From: Takakia lepidozioides
Taxonomy: Eukaryota > Plantae > Bryophyta
Assembly (NCBI GenBank): GCA_030704615.1
Contig: CM060731.1
Span: forward strand, 1,364,001-1,428,000
Length of the DNA stretch: 64,000 nucleotides
Direction: 5' to 3'
Shown here: one piece after another, positions 1-11,400 of the stretch
How positions within the stretch are numbered: position 1 is the stretch's first letter
Layout: the number at the start of each line of letters is the position of its first letter
Position numbers and translations under genes: made by a program
Notes under the pieces: generated by a model
Database searches by the model: none
What the model was told of the DNA's origin: nothing
The model's input: only the letters and a program-made list of their open reading frames with translations

Positions 1-519
1 ATAATCATAAATCCGGGAGTGAAGAATGTGAACCTCCACTGAACAGTGGAGGTCACTAGATATAGTCATGTCCCCGTATGAAGGCCTGTATCAGAGTCTT
101 GGGATTGCCCGGGATGTGCGTCAAGAATTCAACTGAAAAATGATTGAAAAATAGAGTACCATATCTATCACGTGTGTGATTACAAGGAAATGAAAATCAG
201 AAACCATGAAGATATTCAATAGCTCAAGTGAGATAGGATTGATCAAAAATAATTTATTTTGAAGCATTATATCTGAGACTCTTTAAAACCGTTGTCCTCA
301 ATAAAATCCCAGAGTGGGCTAAACTTGGGATCGTTTGAAACATTGGGAAAAAAACTCAACCCTATCATTTTTTTCCTAAGATAGCTTGAAACAGTGGGAT
401 GTTTCCTCATTCCAAGCAAATAGGTATGAAGAACCTTGAGAAGATAGCAACCATTAGTCTCCACGGTCTGGAACGGTTTGAGAACAAGACATGAGTCGGG
501 CGGGCTCAATACACACATC

Positions 520-3500
520 CACTAGAAGCATTCGTGTCATTTACCACTGGGATAACGACTCATTTTGAGTCGTAAAAATCAAAAAACAGGGATCGACTGG
601 AAGTTACAACAGACGTGGTAGTTGGGTTGGACATCCAATGATTGGAGTGGTAAAGGACGTAGACGCGCGAACAACTGCTCAGCGATTAATGCGATTAATG
701 CTGAAGAACCACGTGGCGTAACCAGGCGGGCCGCCCGTGTGTCTGATGTTTTGAGCTGACTTTGACTTTTCCCTCCGGATGAGTGGATTGACTCACCTAG
801 GGCGCGGTGACACATGGACGCGGACGTGGATGCGGACGTGGATGTCGATGTGGCGGCACCGCGACGAGCGGTAATGCCGCCGCGTGGCCACGGGCTCAAG
901 ACGCCACATCGCAGTCGGCCACATAACTTGGAGTGCTGCATGTCACGTGGCAACAGCCACTGGCGAAGTCGACTGCACAACTGCCGGCAGACAAATCCAC
1001 GGGGACCACGTGGAGAGTGTGTGGGTCGACGCGTGGCGTCGTCCCCACGCAATGGCAGTGAGGGGTACGACTGCTAGTGGAAAGACTCAGAGTGCTTGTG
1101 CCATCTCGGGACTGCTTTGGCCAACTCCGCTGCCACTATGCTAGTTGGTTGCACTACAGTAGGAAAGCACTGCAAATGAGCACTTGTAGTGGTTTGTGTG
1201 AGTTGTCCAACTGACTTGCATTCTAAGCTGAAAATATGGTTCTAATGCATTCTACTGGTTTTAGTGGTTCACCCATATGCAGGGGGAATTGAGAAGCAAT
1301 GATATTGGGCGACACTCAGAACACAGACCACGATGCATGCACAACATCACGCTAATGAACCAAATAGACGAGGCAATAGGGAGACCAAAGACCATCACAT
1401 ATACACATAGAAGGTGGACGGACACGACGACAAGTCAGGAAATGGAATATTGCATTCAAATTGGAGACCGTCGCGGCACACCTGCATATGAGCAAGACTA
1501 AATGCCAACATACATGGTTGCCGGACATCACTTAAACTGTCATGGCCCAAATGTACAAAACTGGTAACGTGAGTATCATACACACTTCTATGAGTATCAT
1601 TACACACCCAACATGGACTACAAACATGAAATGTCACTTGATACCTTCACCCCTCCTCATACTCTTCTCTGGCCACAGAGTCACCGTGCCTTTCACGTGC
1701 GCTAGTGTGGTCTGGGGGGGGGGCATCGTCCACATTTGGGCAAGGCAGTGTAACACTTGGAAGCATGATCTCGTGGACTTTCACCTTGTACCACCCGGAT
1801 GGAATGTCCTTGCAGTGGAACTTGTCAACCCCGGCTATTCCCACCACTTCCGCCTTGGCGGCGGCTGTCTTTGACCGCTTGTCATGGGGGTTCAGGAGAA
1901 ATACAGGATCTGATATCTGCAGACACCAACATCAGGGTCCACTCAGCAACAAACATAGCAATGACAGGGTGAAAGTCAAGCGCAGCTGGGCATGGAAACG
2001 ATCTTGGTTGCCACAATACTGAATCAGCAACAAATTCATGGTGTACCAACCTACCTTGAAGCGAAGCTCGTCGCTGAGGGTGGCAACTGAGGAAAGCTGC
2101 CCACGTGTATTCAACTGCAGCAGCAAAAAGAGGTTTAGTCAGACGGATAAGAATAACATGAACTCTGGTGGTTGCAATGGTATAAACACACCTCCACGGA
2201 GCAAGCTAACTTACACCCTGCTCAGACCGTGCACACTACAACCTCCTGGCAAAAATAACCCTACTAAAAACCAGCCAGGCAAAGCAAGGAGCCATGAATG
2301 CATGCCTTGGGAACCACGTCCTGCTGCGATGATGGTGCCGGGGACAGCCCACTCCTCTTGCTCACCTGCAATGAATACACATTGCAACGCTTCAGGAAGT
2401 GTATCCATAAAGGAAACCAACCAAGTAAGTTTGCGGAGAGGGCTGGGAACAACCATACCTTGGAGCCTGCCTCCTCATGCCGGGGGGGAAATCCGGAATG
2501 CTGCCGCCGTAGCACTATGGTCCTTGGCGTAGGACCCACCTTCTTCACAGACAACCCACTGCCACTCCCTGTACATGTGGTCCCTGCAAAACATATAGTG
2601 CCAGCCTTGCGTGAGAGGGCATCCGGGGGAACAAAACAAACATATCTTATCCATTGATGTCATGTTGCAAACAGTAAGGTTAGTTTCACCTGCATGGGCG
2701 CAGAAGTACTTCCCCCAACGACCCCATCCTCTCCCACATTCAAGCTGTCAGTCGGGGTCAGCTTCCGCGTGCTTGTGAAGACACGCACATCCTTGGAGCA
2801 AAACAAATCTTGGTAGTAGGGCCAGACTATTTCTAAAAGGTACTCTGAATCGGGCCCCTCACTGACATTGCTAGTGACATCAAACGACAATGGATGGACC
2901 ATGTTCAAAGGGGAGTTCCCCCTCCCCTTGTGTGGTGAATCATCCACTAGGAGGGTGTTGGATTCGTTAAATCCAGAAAATTCCGACCACACCCTCGACA
3001 GTCTCTTCTGTAAGTTCTGTACGGCAGGCCCTTTTGTGGGGTGTGGCTCTGTCAAGGGGTCACACTCCTCTTGTGACCACACAAAGAGGGGAGAACCCTT
3101 GACCCCCTGCATCACCACTTTGAAGATGTCTGCAACATTCCCCTTGTAAGCATAGGACCATATCCCAACGTAGAAATGCCGGAAGAGAAGGTTTAAAAAC
3201 TCGCAGACCTGGGGCCTTGGGAAAACATACTTGTTGGTGGTCAACACCCATGGCCAATGACGCCTCGGGTTGGGCTGAAAGTTAGGAATAGAGTGGCACA
3301 GGATCCCGTTCAGGTCTAGAACAATTAGTTTCGACTTTTCTATGAAAGGAGCTTTTGAAGGGGTGTCACGGGGTCTCACCTCAGTGGGTTGGGAGACAAT
3401 AGTCACCCCGGAGGGCAAAGTTTCGGTCCCCCTGCAGCCTGGACCAGGCAAACTACCACCCTCTCCCCCTACAGCTTCCCCTTTTCCCTTGATAGAATGA

Positions 3501-5505
3501 GCAATGACCCCCCATCGTCCATGTCATCCCCACCAACTCGCTGGATCTCTCCCTCTTCAACGAGTGGACCCTGCCCCCCACTGTGAATATCATCAACAAC
3601 AGGCTGGACCTCTGTCACATCCCTACCCACTACAATTACTTCCTCCTTCTCAGGTACAATGGTCGCAGCAGGGGGGTCTTCCATAATGCCACCCATCACA
3701 CCCCCTTTTTGCCTCATCATGAGTTCCACTATCTTCTTCAGTTGTGCTTCCATTCCCCTCTCCCGCTCCGCAGAGAGAGCCGCAAGCCTCTCTAGGGCCC
3801 CGATGCGGGCTGCCATTGAGTTCCCCGCTCCCTACGCATACAAACACCCACCCGTACTGTTAAAAACCAGAAGAAGAGGCCGAATGTGCAGGATTTCAGG
3901 CATTCGGAGATGGCTGGGTTTGGCATAACACCCCTCGTGTACCATGCGTGGGGGCCCCACATACCCACCAAATCTTAGTACAACAACAGATTCATGAATG
4001 GAAACCGGACTTCAAAACATACCTGGCTCAAAACAGACTCTGATGGGGTGCCAGTCGCATAGTTCTTTTGCTTCGCCCCGAGCTCGGACAGTGACAGGCT
4101 CCGCGCTTTGCGTCTTTTCTGTATTTGCCCATCCACACACTGTCAGTACATAATGCCAGGAGCATATGGACAAAGCACTGCCCTGCATATCACATAACAA
4201 CTAATTCTGCACAAGCAATAAAACCCACTCGTGGGTGTCTCTTCCATCAGAACATGCCACAACGTAGGAGCAATGAGAAGGGGGTGAGGAGATTACCAAA
4301 CGGGCTGCTTGGCCTGCAACTCCTGCCCGGCCCCAACGCGAGGGGTTCGTGACACAAGCACGTGCTTGCTTCATCCCTTCAGCCTTTGCAAGTCCACGAG
4401 GGGACTCCCAGTAGGCAACAAGCTTATCCCAATAGGCGGGTTCAGTGTTCATTGGCCTCACACTAGTCTTTGCCCATTTATCTTTCAGTTTTGCTCTTTC
4501 TCCTTTCATTATCTTCCCACATTGCTTCACTATAAAATCACGATTGGCAGGGATAGGTTTGTACTCGTACATTCCATTTATGCCCTCTATTACTGTTGAC
4601 ATGGCACTCTGGGACTGCTGGTCAATGTCTTGTACGCTTGAGTCAAGGTAACGCAATGCCAGGCCACGCAAATCACGCTGCCAGTGTTCCTTACCTTCGC
4701 AGCCAACATTGATGACTCCATTTCCATGCACCTCCACCTTGTGGCGCTTTAGCCCTACAGCCACCCTTCCCTCTCCATCTCCTTCCCATTGTTTCATGGC
4801 ATGGCGTCGTTCCTTCCTCAGCTCTGATGTCCATTTCCTGCCCCCATGCTCTGGAGCAGCGCCGTCATACGTTGTGGGGGGTGACTGATGTGTGCTGGAG
4901 GGGGAGGGCCGTATGGAGATGTGGGAGGCCCCCATTGTGACGTGCCAGCATCAGGAAGCCAGCGCCACGACCCCGAAGCAGGGGGGGCTCCCCATGGTGC
5001 ACTCTGTTGTGGAGACCATGCAGTAGGGGGTGGGTGCCAAGGTTGGTGTTGGTTGGCATTGTGTGGTGGCTGTGAGTGCTTTGATGCAGCTTCACTCCCC
5101 TTTCGCTGCCAAAAACATCCCACACACAAGGTGCATCAGCTGTAGTCCTACTGAACACAACGTCACCAGAGCACAAACGATCCCACAACCACAACTATGG
5201 ATTAGCTGACCTCAAACCCACTCCCCTGCAGCGCAAGTGCCAAAAACTGAAAAGGAGAGGGACAGAATGTCCTCATAACATGTAAGGCCATTCATTGGTG
5301 AAGAAACATAATGTGGGCGGGTTCACATCAGTACCATCATACACACTTACCAGGAAACCATTTCGGATGATAATGTCACTACTAGGTTCGAGTTCTCCGA
5401 AAGTATTTCCGTTTCCTCTGGTGTGGAGACCGTTGCAAGAAGTTGTGGTAATCGGAGGCGTCTTCAAACACATGCCTTGACTGCGAGCCGTTCGGGAGGA
5501 GGCTC
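520..5505 (-). mobile_element. CACTA/En-Spm DNA transposon, truncated: one terminus plus TnpA-like gene, TnpD largely missing
   Basis: CACTAG starts at 520, followed by the palindrome ACGACTCA-TTT-TGAGTCGT (556-574) and many CCACGTGG-like subterminal repeats (700-1070). The interior encodes Ptta/En-Spm-like and Tnp1-like domains on the minus strand. No matching second TIR or TSD was found near 5500. Confidence 0.72.
1634..4935 (-). CDS. Multi-exon TnpA-like (Tnp1/En/Spm) protein with an internal FCP1/NIF-family HAD phosphatase domain; two frameshifts in homopolymer runs
   Basis: Exon ~4935-4297 is Ptta/En-Spm-like (YWDKLVAYWESPRGLAKAEGMKQAR...SRWGRAG, then TTG|GTAAT). Exon ~4118-4023 reads KRRKARSLSLSELGAKQK...LSQ|GTATG. 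Exon ~3830-2690 holds a coiled coil and the phosphatase (LIVLDLNGIL, RPQVCEFL, VGIWS, LLVDDSPHKG). The last exon 1916-1634 is Tnp1-like (VFLLNP..AAAKAEVVG..FHCKDIPSGWYKVKV..LPCP..QTTL..GTVTLW). Exons between 2690 and 1916 were not resolved, and the start codon is uncertain. Confidence 0.7.
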
Positions 5506-6217
5506 TGTAATATTAATGGGTTAGTGTAAGCCGTTGTATGGCTTCGAGCCGCTGGATAACATTAAGTCCAACGGATGTACAGTTGACGTTACATTATGTC
5601 TGACTGCAACGCCAAAGTTGCAATCTCTAATAAAATATGTTTATCATCAATGTATGCGGACACATTCTTTCATGTCATCCTCTTCATCACATGTCATGAT
5701 TGTTCTATGTTTGGTTTTGTATGTCATCTATATGGTAACCATTTTGTGCAAAAAGTTTTACATATCTGACCTCACATCATGGTGTAATTTATTGCATCCT
5801 CCTATTTTTTTTGTGAACGTCAACTTGGCAGTGGATGTTATTCTAAAACCACAATACATACTTATAATATTGTCTCCAAAAACTGTTTGGAGGATTATAT
5901 TGTGCATAAAATAACCAAAATAATCATATATATCGCTTTATTTCAATAATACATTTTGTTTATTCATATTTCTCATATTATTTCTGGACCAAACAAAAGT
6001 CCAGAATTAGTTAAAATAGTGTTCACAAAATAATTTATGAATGATTTGACATGAAAAAATATTTTAAATGCTCATGCAAGAAAAAAAGAACTTGTGATAA
6101 TAAAGAAAGAGACTTCTTTTTATTTTGTTCTTTTGTTTTATCACATATTCACTTCCTTTTCAAGTCTCTACAGATTTTTGCATTCACATGGAAAAAATGA
6201 CCACCCACAATTTAGAA

Positions 6218-6428
6218 TATCAGATCAAGAGTCATAGATCGATGTGACAAACACAAGTTATTGAAATGAAATAGGAGCTTCAATACTTGTTTCGCTCATT
6301 GATAGCTAATTCAATTATAATTTGATACCACTTGAGGTGGTTGTATTTCACAAAATATTTGGCACCCTAGTATTGAATCTACACAACCACCTCAGATATT
6401 TTTCCTCATGTGAAAGCATGGGGTGTCA
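6218..6428. repeat. Dispersed LTR-like or MITE-like repeat, copy 1 (partial)
   Basis: Aligns by eye to ~41530-41738, sharing ATCAAGAGTC.TAGATCGATGTGACAA, TGAGGTGGTTGTATTTCACAAAATAT and TTTTTCCTCATGTGAAAGCATGGGGTGTCA. Confidence 0.85.
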
Positions 6429-6666
6429 GGTCCTTTCCAGACTAGTGACCAGACAAAACACTAAAAAACAACGTTTGTTCACCGTTTCGGCCGCTTCACA
6501 GATGCCATGTCATCAAAACTTGCGGGAAGTTGCGGGAACCCAGCGGACAAGCTTCACAGCGTTTTCATACCAAGTAGTGGACAAAAAAGGGTCCGCTGGA
6601 CAAGATATCTTGTCAGATTGTCTGGTTTTTTTACGAGATTTTTTGTGGATAGTATCGCACACAACC

Positions 6667-7792
6667 ATGGAGCCTTCGGGAAGTGATCTCCTTGCAACCC
6701 TTGCTCTTCAGTTTTCCATGTTCATTATTTTAGAGGCTATATCGAGTAGACATTCTCGAGCAATCAACAACCATCTCCAAACTGTATTGACCATGCTTCA
6801 CAGTTTGATATTGCAAGACAACAGGTCTGGTTGGAAGAAGAGAAGGATCCATGCATTTGAAAGACCTAAGGATTTTGCAGACATGGGATCTTACACTGCC
6901 ATAATGTTCAAAGATAGAATGCGCATGAGAAATTTTTTCGTACTTGTATGCACATGTAGCTCTTTTTATGAAGAAACAAGATACTAGGTGTTGAATTGTT
7001 ATTCCAGTGGAGACTAGGGTTGCTATTTCTATAGCAAGGTTGGCCACTGGTAGTACCTTGAGTATACTCTCAGATTGCGATGGAGTAGGAATTTCTACTG
7101 CTTAGAATATCGTGTTGGAATTTTGTCATGCACTGAAGACTAGGTGTCGTGATCTCTACATCAAATGGCCCTCTGCATCCAAAATGAAAGAGATGAGTAA
7201 AATCTTTACATGGTATAACATGGTGCATAGGGGCATGCACCTGATTATTATAACAGGAAAGGTTTTCATTGTCTTATTACAAGGCATTGTCGACACCTCA
7301 TGTTGCTTTTGGGACTATAATATACGGTGGTGTGGTAGTATTCATGACTGGAACCTGTTTGGAAAATCACATATTGGCCGTGTATGCCATAGTGGTGGCT
7401 TGAATCCCTATGCCCTTTTAAGTGATGTTGCTTACCAATGCAGGCCATGGATGTTTGCTTCATTTATTGGAATTACTGGGGAGCATGCAAATTGGAATTT
7501 TGTGCAACCAAGCTCAAGAATGTGCATAGAACGAGTTTTTGACATATTGAAGGGAAGATGGAGGATTTTATTAAAACAAATGGATTGCAATTTGGAATAT
7601 GTACCCATTCATGTTACAACTTGTGTGATTTTGCAAAATATCACCACCACTCACAAAGACTCATTCAACACTTCTTGGATTGAAGAAGATCAAGGTGATT
7701 TGCAAGCAAGCATTCAAAAAGGTCACACAGGCATGCATCAAGGCAAAAACATGAAACAACAACTGCAGCAGAGGGCACAATGTGGGAGATGA
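6667..7792 (+). pseudogene. Harbinger DDE transposase (HARBI1/DDE_Tnp_4-like), disrupted by frameshifts and stops
   Basis: Motifs VLLQGIVD..FWDY..WCGSIHD, LLSDVAY..PWM, WNFVQPSSRMCIERVFDILKGRWRIL and TCVILQN. The N-terminal part (FKDRMRM, IPVETRVAISIARLATG) is split across frames with in-frame stops. Confidence 0.88.
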
Positions 7793-8099
7793 ATGATGTG
7801 AAGCTTATAGCACAACAATTCAGTACTCACACACGACCACATGTCAATGGTGAAGGTACACTTCTAGGTTGGAATACAGGGGATAACGCAAGCACTGAGG
7901 AAATGTGTATGAGACGAATTCCATTGTAAAGTCTTTATTCAGCCGAAAAAGAATAAGGGACATGAAACAAATATGCCCAAACCAATATGTAGGACTATCG
8001 AGCGGGGATGAATCCGGTCAGGAGTATGTACTTCATTTGGTGCCCTCCTCTAGAATTTCTTCACAAGTTCAGACATTGTACCGAGCATTTGATGGAGTA

Positions 8100-9222
8100 T
8101 TGCTAATATTGCATTCTCGGTTTCTTTCATATTATCAAGGAGTAATTTTGATTGTTGAGAAAGCTCATTGATTGCTTCTTGTGTTGTTTGTTTTTCTCGT
8201 TTTCGCCCAGACAGGGTCTATGGAGTTGTAAAACTTGGTTTTGGTGCTGCATCAATGTCAACATCTAAACCCTCTGATTCTTCTTCAACATTCCCAACCA
8301 TTGGGGTCAACATCTGTAGCACTACCATGATGATGGTTGAAGACATTTGCTCTTTCATGCTCTTTCAACAAGCATGTACCACTTACATTTTACGGATTTT
8401 CCATTCCCACTACTTTTATTGGCAGTGTAATCAGCCTTGTAGTCCTCATATATCTTTTCCACTTCTTCATGCATGCATCATTGCTACGATCAAAATTGGG
8501 GAGGCTGCAACCAATTTTACATGGAGTAGAGCCCAATTATAACACCTGAAACCAACAACCACAATAGAATATTAGACAGACAGTTGTACTCGCAGATCGC
8601 ATTGTTGACAGAGTTAAATATACTACAACATTGGTGATTCAACTAGTGGCAGACAATATGGGTATTGAAGACATACACAAACCTTGTTTTTTCATTCCTG
8701 CAAACTTATCATGCATCTCTCCAATTTGGTTTATCACCCAATGGTCCTTCCAATTCGGGCCGTGCTTTGTATCGTCATCATCATCTGATTCATAATGTTT
8801 GTTATCGTTTGAAGCGCAATTTCGTTTTGCCTTGGTGGTCATTTCGAGCGGATTTTTTTGGAGTAGCCTTGCTCTCTTCTTTGTAAAAACAACAAGATCA
8901 CTTGACGGCAATTCAAAATCCCTGTCATCAACAGGCAATTCAGTATCTGCTTCATTGTCGTGCATGTTGGTACGACACTTTCTGGCCTACCAACGCTTTT
9001 TGGCCTGCTGAATATGGGAAGTTTGGATCTGGTAGCCGCATTGTGTAGTGCATGTGGTCTTCCAAATGAGCTGCATACTTGTGCAAATGATGCTAATGGA
9101 GTGACATGCTCGAGTTGCTTCCTGGAAATTTGACTGTCGTGATCGGGGTTGAAAGAGCTTTGTGAAAATTGACTTCCAAAGTCGTTGTTATCGTCCTGCC
9201 AAAAGAAATCTTCTTGATTCAT
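8100..9222 (-). pseudogene. Harbinger-associated Myb/SANT (trihelix)-like DNA-binding protein, degenerate
   Basis: An acidic low-complexity N-terminus leads into GPNWKDHWV...GEMHDKFAGMKKQG|GT, typical of the first trihelix helix. It lies convergent to the DDE gene and is fragmented over frames. Confidence 0.6.
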
Positions 9223-10109
9223 GCTTCACGCTGCTCTGACAAAGCCTTCATTTTGTTCGAAGTCTAGGGTTTGGGGCACTTAGGTCCATTGGGTCTTTGC
9301 GATTTAAGAAAAAAGAAAACATTTTAGTGGCTTAGGTCTCTTGGGTCTATTAAGTCCAAGGCCTTAATCTATTGGGTCTGTTGCAAAAACACGTCATTTA
9401 TTTCAGAATTTGAGCCTTGGATATCTCCCACAAATTGAACCTCATACCTTCACTGCTTCCAGATGACTACAAATTATGCTTCTTCTGGGATGAGTCCTCT
9501 TTCTTTCTATAAAATTGCTATCATGCTTGCACTGGTCTTCCAGCTTGTTACTAAGGCCTCCTGGCATTTTGAGGGTTTTAATGATTCTCTCTCTGCTTTT
9601 TAACAAGCAGCTAGTCACTATGGCTCGTCCTTGTGGAGAGCGGACTCTACTTTCATCCATAATAAATTTGAAAATTCACCCATGTAATTTTTATAAGTTG
9701 TAAGGTTGTAACCCATCTACCATGTTCATTCCATTGATCGTTTTGCCAATGCTATTAATAACTATATTCCAATGCATTTTTGCCTGGTCAATAGTAATAT
9801 CTCCAATGTGTGACGTCGGATTGCCGTGTTGTACATCTTATCACATACATACATTATGTAAAATTACTTCCCCAATGGACTTTCTTCCCTTCTTCTATTT
9901 AAAATAAATTTTAAATTGAAAGACGAGAAAACGTCTTCCATTCTGTTATGACACCGTATATCCAAGTTGCGATTTTCCATCGGTTGCGAAGGCTCAAATG
10001 AAAGGGGCAATCGGAGAATTTATTGCAACGTCGGACAAAACAAAAGTAAGAGATAAATTGGATGGTCCGACACTTTAAAGATTAGCAAACATTAGTCCAT
10101 AATTTCGTA

Positions 10110-11400
10110 TAAGTTTTTTAGTTTTTATTTTATTTTTTATTTTTTTATAGAACAGGGGGAAGAGGCCCTGGTTAATTTTATTTGGAGTTATTAGAGGGAA
10201 AAAAAATTAAAACCCTCGGGTACACCATTAGGCACACACACCGATGACGGTGAAGAACGAACCTTACTACTTAGAACTGAGTATTTGTCCAAGAAATGCG
10301 AGTCCATTCTACTCTTTACGAAGTACATATGGGTTGTGAACGCATACTTACGTCTTTCTACAGGTGAGTACTGCTTTAGATCTTGCAAATAATAGCTAGA
10401 AGATTAATGTGTTGCCTACCGAGCAACGGATCTAAGGATTGTCTTGAGAAACATAGAACTGCATCAAAGAACTGCCTAGAGACCGTAAGAGGAATGATTA
10501 ACATTCATTAGCGAAAGTGGAGCTTGGATTGCTTGGCGGCCTCCTTGACGTGCTTCCAGTTAATGTCTTTGTTGAACTCAAGCGATGCGGTGGAGTGCTG
10601 CACCAAGGTTGCTCCAGCAGGCCAGGGCTTGCTTGTTCCATTCGCAATGGTCGGGGGAGTGGCTGCTGCAGATGATGCCTTGATGCGCCCAGGTAGTGGA
10701 GAAGATAGAGTGCAGTTGCCCTCCGATCCGAGGATTTTTAAGAATTTTAGCACGTATTTTGTCCCAAGCTTTTCTTGCTTCCAGTTGTAGGTCATAGTAG
10801 ATGGTTGCGAGTAGGGCAGATATGGAACAAGTCGTCCCAGAGAACGTTTTTTACACCTTGCTTTCTATAGGTGCCATAGGGTTGTACTTCTGAGGGTGTC
10901 AAAGATATGACATTGACTAGCTGGTTGTTTTGTAGATTGGTTGTAGTTCAACCGTATGGAGAGCGAGGACCAGTCTTGAGCCCCCAAGGCATGTAGAAAA
11001 TCCGGATGTGGGCCATATTGCAGAAGGCAGTGTTCGTGGGTTTCCAGGGTTGCCTCGGAGCAACATTTGCAATGGAGAGCATCATCAAAACCCAACCATT
11101 CCCCTACCTTAAGCACTCTGTTGGCAATTTGCCACAAGAAAGCTGATACTTTTGCTGATCTGGTTTTTTTCCAGATGCACGTCGAGATGGTGTCCCATCT
11201 TTCCTCCAGAAAGTCAAAGTGACTCCATTTGCCATTCCACTTGGCTAGCATAGGCGGTGATTGAGAGAGGGCCGAGTACCCTTTCTTGGTGGTGTATGTA
11301 AAGAAGGGAGTAGGGGCTCTTCCTAATTTCCAGGACCATTCAGCTGGGTCGATAAAGTTTCTTAAAAAAGGCAACGGCAGCCAGAAATTCAACTAGAAAG
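10110..11400 (-). mobile_element. 5'-truncated L1-clade LINE: ORF2 C-terminal zf-RVT region, 3' UTR and A-rich tail
   Basis: ORF 10865-11392 contains IWKK..AKVSAFLWQIANRVL.VGEW...CKCC...ETHEHCL and TTLWHL, the zf-RVT pattern. The T-rich tract at ~10114-10147 on + is the A-rich tail on -. Confidence 0.8.

Larger units (their letters stand above)
6429..9300. mobile_element. Degenerate PIF/Harbinger transposon with convergent nuclease and Myb-like genes
   Basis: A HARBI1-like DDE gene (+) faces a Myb/trihelix-like gene (-), the typical two-gene Harbinger layout. Termini are approximate and no TIR pair was confirmed. Confidence 0.75.

Noticed and set aside
579-1144. Overlapping ORFs such as MDADVDADVDVDV...
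   Set aside because: By-products of GC-rich subterminal repeats, with no protein family signature.
5370-5505. Possible C-terminal tail of CACTA TnpD (SRHVFEDASDYHNFLQRSPHQRKRKYFRRTRT*)
   Set aside because: The position fits, but it is too short to assign with confidence.
9442-9703. Short ORFs between the Harbinger and the LINE
   Set aside because: No recognisable motif or supported splice structure.
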